IMG/VR virus record: IMGVR_UViG_3300044723_007864
Length of the DNA: 37,915 bases
From: an uncultured virus (IMG/VR IMGVR_UViG_3300044723_007864)
Lineage: Duplodnaviria > Heunggongvirae > Uroviricota > Caudoviricetes
Strand: one strand, 5' to 3'
Part shown: piece by piece, positions 27,876-37,426 of the stretch
How positions within the stretch are numbered: position 1 is the first letter of the stretch
Layout of the letters: the number at the start of each line of letters is the position of its first letter
Program-made: the position numbers and the translations under genes
Notes under the pieces: generated by a model
The model's input: the letters and a program-made list of their open reading frames with translations, nothing else
Database searches by the model: none
Told to the model about the DNA's origin: nothing

Positions 27876-29930
27876 GTGGTTTTGTATCCAGTAACATTCA
27901 TCATCCCCGTGTTTCATATGTGCCCCTTCCGGGAGCGAAATTTTTGGTACACATATAATCGTATAATTCAAACTGGTCAACCGGTGATTGTGATTGAGCA
28001 GCAGATGCCTGATAATTACGGTGTGTTTGAGAGCAACATGCAACATGAAATGGCTAACAACAAACATGTGTTGTATATCAAGATCATTATTGACGATAAC
28101 AAGATACACAAATCTCGTTTGATAAACCACGCGACCAAACTAGTGAAAACATCTCATGTGTGGGTTAATGATGCTGATGCATTTTTAAACTTTCCGCAGG
28201 TGTTAACACAATTAAATTTTTCGTACAATTTTACCAAACCATTTGGTGATGGTATGAACACCACAGCCAAGGAAACACAATGTATACACGACAACGTGCC
28301 GTGTGAGATAAACTATGACGACACATCAAGAAGACACATACATGTGTATGGTGCATTGTCGTTCGTTTACAACAAAAACGAATTCAGTAAGATAGGTGGT
28401 ATGGATGAAACATACAAAGGCTGGGGCATGGAAGATTTAGATTTGCATTTTCGTGTATCAAAAATGTACAGGTATGATACTGTTGACACTCGTGCTTTGC
28501 ATCTATGGCATCCTCCCGCGACACGAATGCGAGAAAATCTCGATCACTTCAACAATAAATATCCTCAAAATTATATCACAAAAATAACACCACTCTCGAA
28601 AATGTGGCGGCCAATTGTGACAACATCCCCGGTACAACATTTAACAAATGATGAATTAGGTATTAAATCACGTAAACTATCCCCAGAAGAAATAAACGTC
28701 ACATACACTCCAGTCTCGGTTGAAGAAATAACCACCACACATGTGTCTGCGCCTCAGGATGGCATAACCACTACACATGTGTCTACACCCAACAATCTAA
28801 AAATAATAAAAAAATACAAACATCAACACATACACCACACTATAAATTACCATCTTCCTCAAAAAACTAACCCTCGGCGACGTGTAAATAATGGTGTTGA
28901 GTCTATTGAGAGCATTGCTGATGATAATCACGTTACATTAACAGCTATGTATAGCGATGAAGATGTCAATCCTTCGGAAATATGGAACCAAGCAAAAATC
29001 CTCCGGAATGCGAAAACCGAAGTTCGGGATCGGAAAAATTTAATATATGTAAATGACATGTTTGATTACATGTCCAATCACGCGGATGATCAAGACTTTC
29101 TTGTAGTAACAAACTCTGATTGCATCGTAACCCCATTTTTTTATAACAATATTAAACACATACACGTAAAATATGATGTTATTGAATACCATCGGAGAGA
29201 TGTTGATAGTAAAATTCAATATTATAGTGACTGTTACACATGTTCGTTTAACACAAAACATACCGGTATAGATGGTTTTGGTATTAGAAGGAAAACATGG
29301 AGGAAAATCCGGGATATTTACCCACACATGTTCATAGGTGAACCACACTGGGACACAGTACTTTCCGGTTTATTACACAACATGAAGCATGTTAATATTC
29401 ATAAAAACGTAACTGATTTGTATCACGAATGTCATGATCAAGCATGGTCAACACAACAACTATCCCCAGCAGGTGTGCATAACACAAAGCATTACAACAA
29501 TTGTTTAGATTATGATATCATAAAGAATAGATTGATCGACTCAGGATCACCTGCATGCACAGTAATAGCAATAGATCGTCAAAATCTAAACCCGGTGATA
29601 AAAAAATACTGCGAAAATCATCCTCAAAAAAACATAGTCATATATGAAATGATAGAACCAACAGAATCCCCGAAATACTCTGGTATCGAATATACCAACC
29701 ACGTTGTGATACCACATAATGAAAGCACGACACCAATTGACCAAACAAAAGCAATTACTAATATTGCGATGATCAATACAGGTGGTGTTGGTAATGTGGA
29801 AACAATCACATGTGTTGGACAAAACATAAAGATACACAAACCCATATCAACATATAAGTTATACGACAAATCTAAAGACATGTTAAAATATTATATAGAT
29901 GATGATGGACTTTTGCATTCAACAATGTAA
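27876..29930 (+). CDS. Multidomain glycosyltransferase (GT2/GT7-like domain plus a second GT-A-like domain)
   Basis: NDAD (DxD), IGGMDETYKGWGMEDLDL and HLWH match the galactosyltransferase C-terminal motif. Second domain: VTNSDC...GIDGF...GEPHWD. The ORF track starts it at TTG 27846. Confidence 0.85.
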   Translation: MVLYPVTFIIPVFHMCPFRERNFWYTYNRIIQTGQPVIVIEQQMPDNYGVFESNMQHEMANNKHVLYIKIIIDDNKIHKSRLINHATKLVKTSHVWVNDADAFLNFPQVLTQLNFSYNFTKPFGDGMNTTAKETQCIHDNVPCEINYDDTSRRHIHVYGALSFVYNKNEFSKIGGMDETYKGWGMEDLDLHFRVSKMYRYDTVDTRALHLWHPPATRMRENLDHFNNKYPQNYITKITPLSKMWRPIVTTSPVQHLTNDELGIKSRKLSPEEINVTYTPVSVEEITTTHVSAPQDGITTTHVSTPNNLKIIKKYKHQHIHHTINYHLPQKTNPRRRVNNGVESIESIADDNHVTLTAMYSDEDVNPSEIWNQAKILRNAKTEVRDRKNLIYVNDMFDYMSNHADDQDFLVVTNSDCIVTPFFYNNIKHIHVKYDVIEYHRRDVDSKIQYYSDCYTCSFNTKHTGIDGFGIRRKTWRKIRDIYPHMFIGEPHWDTVLSGLLHNMKHVNIHKNVTDLYHECHDQAWSTQQLSPAGVHNTKHYNNCLDYDIIKNRLIDSGSPACTVIAIDRQNLNPVIKKYCENHPQKNIVIYEMIEPTESPKYSGIEYTNHVVIPHNESTTPIDQTKAITNIAMINTGGVGNVETITCVGQNIKIHKPISTYKLYDKSKDMLKYYIDDDGLLHSTM
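28686..28790 (+). repeat. Decayed 36-nt tandem repeat in the interdomain linker
   Basis: EEINVTYTPVSV / EEITTTHVSAPQ / DGITTTHVSTP. ataaccacYacacatgtgtct occurs at 28728 and 28764; gaagaaataa occurs at 28686 and 28722. Confidence 0.75.
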
Positions 29931-29938
29931 GTAGTTGT

Positions 29939-30478
29939 ATGAATACAGAAATTTTTGATCCAAAAGTGTGTTTTGCAAAAGAGCTCCGTACAAGCTGGAG
30001 CAAAAATATTAAAACGAATTCATCAGAAAGCAACCGGATTCCAATTTCAAGTGTTGGTCAAGAAATATGCCTGCATTTCGAGCATGCTGGTGATGATACC
30101 GAGTGGTGTGTGGGCTTGATACCATTGAACAAATCATGGACACCGGAAAATTTATCCACATACAAATCAATTACATTTTGCTACTACTCTGAAGGTACAA
30201 AATGTTGCAGTGTGATGCTCACTGATGAAAATGATGTAGACTCAACAAGTGTTAACGTGTCACGGCGCACTCCGGTAGAAGATGCTATATGTGAAATTCA
30301 AATACCTATCAGAGCATTCACATCAAAACCATTAAATGACACCGGGAAAACCATATCTAAAAAAACCGAAACCGGTCAATCATTCAACATAAACAAGTCA
30401 AAATTTATTAAATTCACCGGTGCTAAGGAAGATAATTTTTACATTTCACGGCTCAAATTCATATCAGATGACGATTGA
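29939..30478 (+). CDS. Putative carbohydrate-binding module protein (galactose-binding-like fold, CBM11/CBM30-like)
   Basis: SWTPENLSTYKSITF...VMLTD...IQIPIRAF...FNINKSKFIKF...FYISRLKF matches that beta-sandwich pattern. Confidence 0.6.
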   Translation: MNTEIFDPKVCFAKELRTSWSKNIKTNSSESNRIPISSVGQEICLHFEHAGDDTEWCVGLIPLNKSWTPENLSTYKSITFCYYSEGTKCCSVMLTDENDVDSTSVNVSRRTPVEDAICEIQIPIRAFTSKPLNDTGKTISKKTETGQSFNINKSKFIKFTGAKEDNFYISRLKFISDDD

Positions 30479-31395
30479 TGCTAATAACAGAACCAAACAC
30501 TGGGTTTGAATGGCAATCTCCGGTTATCACTGAAAAACATGCACTTCAATGTGCAAAAAACACAACAAGTCAAAATATTGATTATTTAGCGGTACCATGG
30601 GCTAGTATAATTGACCGGTTACGCACCAACAGCGAAGAATATAAACTCCAAGCCATTCGAGCAATAAATAACCTTAAAGATTTACCCAGGAGAGGGTATA
30701 CAACAGTGTGTCAACATTATCAATTTCGTAGCGTGTTGAATCACATGAAAGATATCGGTATAACGACGCTATACACGCCACATGCAACCCAGCACGATAA
30801 CGGTAATGACATAGATATTCGACCATTTCCTTTGTATGCAACCATAACACCGCCTGTTTTAAAACGCAAAGCACTGTGGTATTCATTTATCGGTGCATAT
30901 ATGGATCACTACATGAGTGACATAAGATTGAATATATTCAACGACACTCATCCAAAAAATTGTGTTGTGGTGCGTCGCGACAAGTGGCAGTACAATGATG
31001 ATGTATATACATCACAGGTTTGGAATCAAGACATACCAGAGATGCAAAGATATTTGAATCTAGAAAAGCAAAAATATTACGAATATATTCTGTCTAATAG
31101 CCGTTTCTCACTCTGTCCATCAGGAGCTGGTCCAAATTCAATTCGTTTGTTTGAGAGCTTGAGTTGTGGATCAATACCTGTTGTGTTGTCTGATGCATTA
31201 CAATTACCGCAAGTCAAATCCGTTGATTGGTCCGAATGTGTAATCACCGTTCCGGAGGATGAGTATCATGATTTGAGATTAATCTTAAAAGATATACCCC
31301 TCTCCCGGGAACGCGACATGAGTATGAATTGTGTTGAGGCGTACAAACATGTATCTGATGAAAATTTTATTGAATGCATTGTAAACACAATATAA
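30478..31395 (+). CDS. Exostosin-family glycosyltransferase (GT47-like)
   Basis: SRFSLCPSGAGPNSIRLFESLSCGSIPVVLSD...LP...W signature; TGATG coupling to the upstream gene. Confidence 0.9.
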   Translation: MLITEPNTGFEWQSPVITEKHALQCAKNTTSQNIDYLAVPWASIIDRLRTNSEEYKLQAIRAINNLKDLPRRGYTTVCQHYQFRSVLNHMKDIGITTLYTPHATQHDNGNDIDIRPFPLYATITPPVLKRKALWYSFIGAYMDHYMSDIRLNIFNDTHPKNCVVVRRDKWQYNDDVYTSQVWNQDIPEMQRYLNLEKQKYYEYILSNSRFSLCPSGAGPNSIRLFESLSCGSIPVVLSDALQLPQVKSVDWSECVITVPEDEYHDLRLILKDIPLSRERDMSMNCVEAYKHVSDENFIECIVNTI

Positions 31396-31398
31396 ATA
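31391..31398 (+). promoter_or_regulatory. T4-type late promoter (TATAAATA)
   Basis: Perfect consensus overlapping the upstream stop codon, 7 nt before GTG 31406. Confidence 0.7.
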
Positions 31399-31405
31399 AT
31401 AGTTT

Positions 31406-32098
31406 GTGAGAGTATCTAGTATCATACATCAGACATGGAAAAACCGTCTAGACGTGCCGGATTTACAACAATCATGGGCTTGGTCTCATGATGAACAGTT
31501 TGAGTATAGCTTTGTGGATGACAAAGAGATGAGCATGTATATGGAAAATCACTGCACTGATAAAGAGATCTCGTGTTTTAAACGTCTAACAAACGGAGCT
31601 GCTAAAGCTGATCTATACAGATACAGTGCATTATACAGGCAAGGTGGTGTGTATGTGGATATAGATGTGTTTCCAATTATAAAATTAACCGATTTTATCA
31701 AGACATCCGGGATAACAGTAGTCAATGACAATTATGGCTTGTATAATGCGTTTTTTTGCTGCGAGAAAGGTCATCCGTTGATTCGACAGTGCATAAATCT
31801 TGTATGTGACAACATCATACACAACAAACACAACGGAGGAAACCATGCTGCGATTTTCAGTCTTTCTGGTCCATCGATGTTTGCCACAGTCTTTCGTGAT
31901 TTTTTCAAAATACCTCCTGGTACCAAGCTCAAGGAATGTGACACCGAGGACTATCGAGTTTTACATCACGATTTTGAACGTCAGCGCATAAAATACAAAA
32001 CAATGGATGTGCTCCAGACACAGATGATACATGAATGCCAATACGAATCGTATAGAAATGGTGAACACTACAGAGAGGGTCAACAACTGTACAAATAG
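31406..32098 (+). CDS. Glycosyltransferase, GT32 / OCH1-like (DxD)
   Basis: IIHQTWK, AAKADLYRYSALYRQGGVYVDID, HPLI and SGP motifs. Confidence 0.9.
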   Translation: MRVSSIIHQTWKNRLDVPDLQQSWAWSHDEQFEYSFVDDKEMSMYMENHCTDKEISCFKRLTNGAAKADLYRYSALYRQGGVYVDIDVFPIIKLTDFIKTSGITVVNDNYGLYNAFFCCEKGHPLIRQCINLVCDNIIHNKHNGGNHAAIFSLSGPSMFATVFRDFFKIPPGTKLKECDTEDYRVLHHDFERQRIKYKTMDVLQTQMIHECQYESYRNGEHYREGQQLYK

Positions 32099-32099
32099 C

Positions 32100-32816
32100 A
32101 TGAAAATACCAAATTATATTCACTTGATGCATGCTGACAAAAGTAAACTAAACAAAGTTGAGAAATTTTGCGTGGAGCAGTGGTACAATTTACACCCGGA
32201 TCATGATGTGATATTTCATACCGATGCGGACATTCGAGAGTTGGTTAAAGAGACATACCCTCATATACTGGATGTGTATGATGATGCAACTGGAGTGATC
32301 AGAGGTCAGATAGGAAGGTATCTAGTGATGATAACACATGGCGGTACATATGCTGATGTTGATGTGTGCCCATTCACATGCGTTAGCAACTGGATAGAAC
32401 CACATGATGAACTCATAACAGTCCGTCGAGGTATAGATGATTATGAGATGGACTATCAATTCCATTCTGTGAAAAATCACCCGGTTTGGGAGCAAATACT
32501 CTTGAACGGCGTGGAAAAATGGAAAAATCACACTAAAATATTTGAACACGTAGATCAATATAGATTATGTGTGTTCAACACACTCAGCGTACATCATTTA
32601 CAAGAACATGTGAATAAACACAAGCGCAGAGTGATGGAACCACCAACATGTTCGAGCTATCAGCACAACTGGGGAGCGGATGAGTGTTACACCGCTCACT
32701 TTTCTAGTGAATCTTGGTTACCTCATGAAAAGAAGCGATGGCATGGTGATGATGCTAATTTTAGCAATGATGTGGATGTGTTTATCAACATGATCCGGGA
32801 GAAAATACTGAGATGA
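32100..32816 (+). CDS. Glycosyltransferase, GT32-like (divergent paralog)
   Basis: IPNYIH, IGRYLVMITHGGTYADVDV and HPVW motifs. ATG 32100 follows the upstream stop by 1 nt. The ORF track starts it at 32031. Confidence 0.85.
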   Translation: MKIPNYIHLMHADKSKLNKVEKFCVEQWYNLHPDHDVIFHTDADIRELVKETYPHILDVYDDATGVIRGQIGRYLVMITHGGTYADVDVCPFTCVSNWIEPHDELITVRRGIDDYEMDYQFHSVKNHPVWEQILLNGVEKWKNHTKIFEHVDQYRLCVFNTLSVHHLQEHVNKHKRRVMEPPTCSSYQHNWGADECYTAHFSSESWLPHEKKRWHGDDANFSNDVDVFINMIREKILR

Positions 32817-33688
32817 AAGTCTACACATATTATGATCAAATACCCGGACTGCCATGTCAAACAGATTTAATAGATTTGTGGAAAAAATCCTGGTCTTCAC
32901 GTGGTTATGATCCCGTGGTGTTGAACGACACAGACGCGCGGAAACACCCACGCTATGAACAATTCTGCTCATATATAACCGAGCTACACAAAGAAATAAA
33001 ACAAGAGCCTATACAAAAATACGGGTTGAGCTGTTATCTTAGATGGCTATCATACGCAACAACAGATGATCCAGCGTGTATAACATCAGATTACGATGTG
33101 TTGAACTTCAATCTAAATACCAGCATGTTTGACACAAAAAATATACACTTGATGGCCGCCGGGACTCCATGTCTAGTGGCTGGTTCCGCAGATTTGTTCG
33201 ATCGATTTTCACAAATGTTCATTGACACGATGATAGAACATGTTGACGTGTGGAGAGGTACTTTTAAAGACAACGTGTGGTTGAACGATCAGGAATTTTT
33301 AGCTAGATGCCTCTACACCGGTGAAAAATCCACTCGGCAGAAATTCGTCGAAAAATACAATTTGAATGTCAATTACGATTGGGGTAAGTTTTGCGAGAAT
33401 TACAAAGGCATACAAACAAAACAAAAACACCCATGTGTGCACTACGCACATCACGCTTTGCATGAATACATGCCAATATTACGAGGTGATCAATCAATGA
33501 ACACAATTAAATTGTTTGAGAAATTCTTGCAGGATTATAATATTGGATTTGAAAATGGTCATTTCACACAAATTCCAAAATTAACACAATTACAGTTCAA
33601 TAAAGAGATTGATTGGACATGTAATTATCAAGAAAATATTCATCGATTCAGATTGTTGGTGATGTATTTAGATTTACATAATGTTTAA
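32813..33688 (+). CDS. Putative GT-A-fold glycosyltransferase
   Basis: LIDLWKKSW..RGYDPVVL, CYLRWL, SDYDV (DxD) and NDQEFL motifs; located inside the GT cluster. Confidence 0.6.
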   Translation: MKVYTYYDQIPGLPCQTDLIDLWKKSWSSRGYDPVVLNDTDARKHPRYEQFCSYITELHKEIKQEPIQKYGLSCYLRWLSYATTDDPACITSDYDVLNFNLNTSMFDTKNIHLMAAGTPCLVAGSADLFDRFSQMFIDTMIEHVDVWRGTFKDNVWLNDQEFLARCLYTGEKSTRQKFVEKYNLNVNYDWGKFCENYKGIQTKQKHPCVHYAHHALHEYMPILRGDQSMNTIKLFEKFLQDYNIGFENGHFTQIPKLTQLQFNKEIDWTCNYQENIHRFRLLVMYLDLHNV

Positions 33689-34454
33689 CATTTGCAGCAT
33701 ATTACGTAACAATCAACATTGGCTAGAGGAAGAGTTCCTCCCGCTAGCGTATGCGATCGATCGTAAATATGATAACAACAAGTACTATTTTTATGAGAAT
33801 GACTCTCACGACGACACTAGAAAGACAATTCAGAGATATTTTGTTGATTCAGAAAAAATTATGGATGGTGAGTTGCTGTTTGAGGATAACAACACTACTC
33901 ACCATCCACGAACCGAGAGTGTTGATAGGATTAAACATCTAGCAAACTGCCGCAACAAATTGTTTTCCATGCGTCCGTTTGATCAGAACAATGAATGGAC
34001 GGTTATTATCGATTCTGACATGATTGTTGATTCTACTATATTTGATGAGTTTATATGTTCAGATAAACCAGCAAACGCAGTCGCAATCGGTTGTAATGGT
34101 AAAAATAAAAGCCCTTGTCGGCATCATGAATTTTGTTACCATTATTATGATACATTTGCACTGGTCGACATAACAGGTGAGTGGTTGTACAAAGATTTTA
34201 TATGCACATGCAATCATTTCAAAGACAAGCAATCTCGAGAATTGTGGAAAAAAAAGCAACTTGTACCTGTGTGTAGTGCTTTTGGAGGTATGATGTTTTA
34301 CAAAACCGATGCGATTAATAATGAAAACATAAATTATGATACCATGACTATTGATGGTAGAGTGGTTTCTGAACATGTATATTTTTCATCACAACTTAGC
34401 TTGTTAGGTGGAATATATATTGACCCACGACTAATTATAGTGAATAGTGAATAA
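33681..34454 (+). CDS. Glycosyltransferase resembling CAP59/Cmt1 (GT69)- or Anp1-type mannosyltransferases
   Basis: YENDSHDDT, LANCRN, IIDSD, YYDTFAL, VCSAFGG and EHVYF motifs. Confidence 0.75.
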   Translation: MFNICSILRNNQHWLEEEFLPLAYAIDRKYDNNKYYFYENDSHDDTRKTIQRYFVDSEKIMDGELLFEDNNTTHHPRTESVDRIKHLANCRNKLFSMRPFDQNNEWTVIIDSDMIVDSTIFDEFICSDKPANAVAIGCNGKNKSPCRHHEFCYHYYDTFALVDITGEWLYKDFICTCNHFKDKQSRELWKKKQLVPVCSAFGGMMFYKTDAINNENINYDTMTIDGRVVSEHVYFSSQLSLLGGIYIDPRLIIVNSE

Positions 34455-36507
34455 AACTGATTTACAATCCAAAAAAACACGTCTACAATACGAGCTGTCT
34501 AAATTACCGCTGGATTTACAACTAGCTAGGCATAAACATCAAGCGGCATTTCAAAACAGTCGTGTGTTAGAAACAGAGTTAGCTGATCTCAAAAACTGGA
34601 CAGAATTAAGGACGGCAGAAATACAACAAGAAATTGACAGCATAGATCAAGCCATCGAACATGGTCATCAGCAATCAATAGTACAGGAAACAACACAACA
34701 ACATACTACAAGCGAACTACCTGAAGAGATGCTATGGCCTATGAAATTACAAATCGATCAAACACCTAACAATTTTTCAGCGAATTGTAAAAATGAAGTG
34801 ACATCACAATTCAACAAATCTACGGGTGTGTCACAAGTAATTGATAGAGTGAATGCCGAGTCGATAAAATATAATGATATAGAATTGAGAGGTTTTAAAG
34901 ATATTAATGAATATATGGTGTTAATGGTCGGATATTATCATGATACAACTGTGTCATTGAGAAAAGACTGTACAATACAAGCTTTAAAATCCAATCTAGA
35001 GTCGAAAAATTTTGATAAAATCGTGATGTTCACATATTGTGATGATAATAAAATTGATGTGGAGCATGAACTATTTAAAGATCATCCGGATATGAGGAAA
35101 AACATAATGGTTGTTCAGCAAAAACAACTATTAACATACTATCAGATGTTGCTGTTTTGCAACACGGAGATACAAATATCTTCAGATAATGTTTGTGTTG
35201 TGCTAGCAGAGTCCACTACTATCTTCCCGGAGAATTTACACCTTCTTAAGAAAATCAATTTGAACGGAAAAGTGTTTTGTTTGAGTGAGCAATCCAAAGA
35301 CCAATATCATCAGATAGATGCATGGATAGTGGACAACACGATACCTACACATAAAATATCAGATCAAACAATTTTTGGTGACCGGGTAGGTGGTGAGATG
35401 TTTACACAACAGTTATTTCAATCCGGAATTAGTATATACAATGTTTCAGTAACGGGGCATATGAATGTAACCAAAACTGATACATCTGGATACACATATA
35501 AAGATGTTAAAAACACACCAGCCAGTGGAACAATCTGGCCATATGCAAAAACAATAAACCATGATAACTATGTTGTAGGTGATATATGTGCCATGAATTC
35601 CTGTAATTATTTTTACGAAGATCGCTTTTCCGGGATTCCTGGTAATTATTTTGTACGAGATCTGAAAACACACTTTTACACATACACGGATAAACTTTGC
35701 GTGTTTTACATGACGTGTATGAAAGAGATAAAAAACGGTAGTTTGTATGAGTGTATCAAACGATTTTTCACTAAAACTGTATCAACATCTAAATGTTTTG
35801 ACTTGTACATATGTATGGATATTGACTGTGACGAACAACTCATCATAAACAATATAAGAAGTATACTCAAGACATGTAAATGCAGCGCGGTACATGATAT
35901 ATGTGTCATATCAGCATCACTGACCCCGGAACAGAATATTTTTACATATGATCTCGGTTATTATGAAACCATACCACCTCAACCATTAGGAGCCAGCAAT
36001 GGTATAAACCAAACATTTTATCATGGCATGTCTGAGATGCAACAAGCCAGAGAAAGTACATACAAATACATGTTGATGTTAGAATCTGATTGCATACCGG
36101 TGACAGACTGCTGGTATGATTACCTACATGATCACTGTGACAAAAATCCGGATGGCGTGATAATCGGAAGCAAACACAAAGGCTTAGAAGACGGTCATCG
36201 TGTGTCATATTATGCCGACCATATCAATGGAGTAGCGGTGTATCGCAACTCAGCAGAACTGACCAAGCTAATGAACGGATCTAAACATTATCTCGAAGAG
36301 TGGTTAAAAACAAGCGACAAAAAATTGATGAATTTTGATGTCGCGACATATTTGTACGCGAAGAAAGCTCGTTTAACGAAAGGATTGGTAGATGTTGATT
36401 ACATATCAAACTACAGCAGTGTAGAAAACACACACTTGACAGTCAATCAAGTATTGGAGCGTCATCCTGAGACTGTTATTTTACATAAAAAAATACCTAA
36501 CCTCTAA
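34447..36507 (+). CDS. Multidomain putative glycosyltransferase with N-terminal coiled coil
   Basis: Coiled coil at about aa 1-75; degenerate central GT-like domain (QIDAWI); C-terminal domain MLESDC...IIGS...HINGVAVY...FDV. Confidence 0.6.
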   Translation: MNKTDLQSKKTRLQYELSKLPLDLQLARHKHQAAFQNSRVLETELADLKNWTELRTAEIQQEIDSIDQAIEHGHQQSIVQETTQQHTTSELPEEMLWPMKLQIDQTPNNFSANCKNEVTSQFNKSTGVSQVIDRVNAESIKYNDIELRGFKDINEYMVLMVGYYHDTTVSLRKDCTIQALKSNLESKNFDKIVMFTYCDDNKIDVEHELFKDHPDMRKNIMVVQQKQLLTYYQMLLFCNTEIQISSDNVCVVLAESTTIFPENLHLLKKINLNGKVFCLSEQSKDQYHQIDAWIVDNTIPTHKISDQTIFGDRVGGEMFTQQLFQSGISIYNVSVTGHMNVTKTDTSGYTYKDVKNTPASGTIWPYAKTINHDNYVVGDICAMNSCNYFYEDRFSGIPGNYFVRDLKTHFYTYTDKLCVFYMTCMKEIKNGSLYECIKRFFTKTVSTSKCFDLYICMDIDCDEQLIINNIRSILKTCKCSAVHDICVISASLTPEQNIFTYDLGYYETIPPQPLGASNGINQTFYHGMSEMQQARESTYKYMLMLESDCIPVTDCWYDYLHDHCDKNPDGVIIGSKHKGLEDGHRVSYYADHINGVAVYRNSAELTKLMNGSKHYLEEWLKTSDKKLMNFDVATYLYAKKARLTKGLVDVDYISNYSSVENTHLTVNQVLERHPETVILHKKIPNL

Positions 36508-37418
36508 CACCAGTTTCTCAACGCGTCTCTCAACGCATCTTCAATTGGTCTCATGGGTCTGATGTCTGGTATACTATTCACCTTCGAACAACTGATAACG
36601 CAGTTGCTCCGTGGTGTTTTAACTGTCGCTCCAAACGCTTCATGAGATTCGAAAAACTTGAACTGTTTATCTAGCTTCAACTCTTGTTTCATAATATCAA
36701 CAATCTCACGAGTGCTTATACTACCTTCATTCACCATGTTGTACAGGCCATATGGTGAATTATGTCTCATCATATCATAGCTGGTCATGATGAAATCACC
36801 TAGATGTGTTAGCGAGTTGGTAGCATCAATCAACGTGTCATATTTGAGTAACTTTGACAGGTAACTTCTCTCTACATTTCGTTCATCAAACGGCATTCTG
36901 ATACGCCACACATAACATCTAGGATTTCTCAACACATATTCTTCAGCCAACGCTTTACTACCACTGTAAAAACTATGATTTTTATTATCATACGCGAAGT
37001 TAGGAGGATCCATCTCTGTAAACACACGCTCTTTGCTTCCTGAGTATATACACCCACTACTAACATGACAAAATGTCAACCCGTGTCGCTCACATATGTC
37101 GCTCAGCATAGCTGGTAACACTATGTTCAAGCGTATGGTGTCAGCTTTTTTAATTTCACACTGATCTACATTAGGTCTCCCAGTCTTACCCGCACAATTG
37201 ATCACAAATACCGCGGTGTCTTTCCATCTAGGCTTGTTGAACTCAATCCAATTCTCGAAAGTTCTAGCATCTGTATAATCTAGTTCAGTGTGACTCAATC
37301 CCACATATGATACTTGTTCATGTGAGCTGCGATATTTATTATTTATATTTTCAAGATATCGGACAAATCTGCGACCAACGTAACCTTTAGCACCTAGCAC
37401 TATATAAAACATTTTCAT
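36504..37418 (-). CDS. NDP-4-keto-6-deoxyglucose 3,5-epimerase/4-reductase (NRS/ER-type, RmlD-like extended SDR; NDP-L-rhamnose synthesis)
   Basis: GAKGYVG Rossmann motif, NCAGKTGRPNVDQCE, SSGCIY, YSGSK (YxxxK) and RIRMPF. Confidence 0.9.
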   Translation of the reverse strand: MKMFYIVLGAKGYVGRRFVRYLENINNKYRSSHEQVSYVGLSHTELDYTDARTFENWIEFNKPRWKDTAVFVINCAGKTGRPNVDQCEIKKADTIRLNIVLPAMLSDICERHGLTFCHVSSGCIYSGSKERVFTEMDPPNFAYDNKNHSFYSGSKALAEEYVLRNPRCYVWRIRMPFDERNVERSYLSKLLKYDTLIDATNSLTHLGDFIMTSYDMMRHNSPYGLYNMVNEGSISTREIVDIMKQELKLDKQFKFFESHEAFGATVKTPRSNCVISCSKVNSIPDIRPMRPIEDALRDALRNWC

Positions 37419-37426
37419 AAGAATAT

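Noticed and set aside
95..36208. Many 60-140 aa shadow ORFs in the track (e.g. 9710-10138, 16866-17192, 26483-26815)
   Set aside because: They are nested antisense or out of frame within long, well-supported genes and carry no motifs or expression signals.
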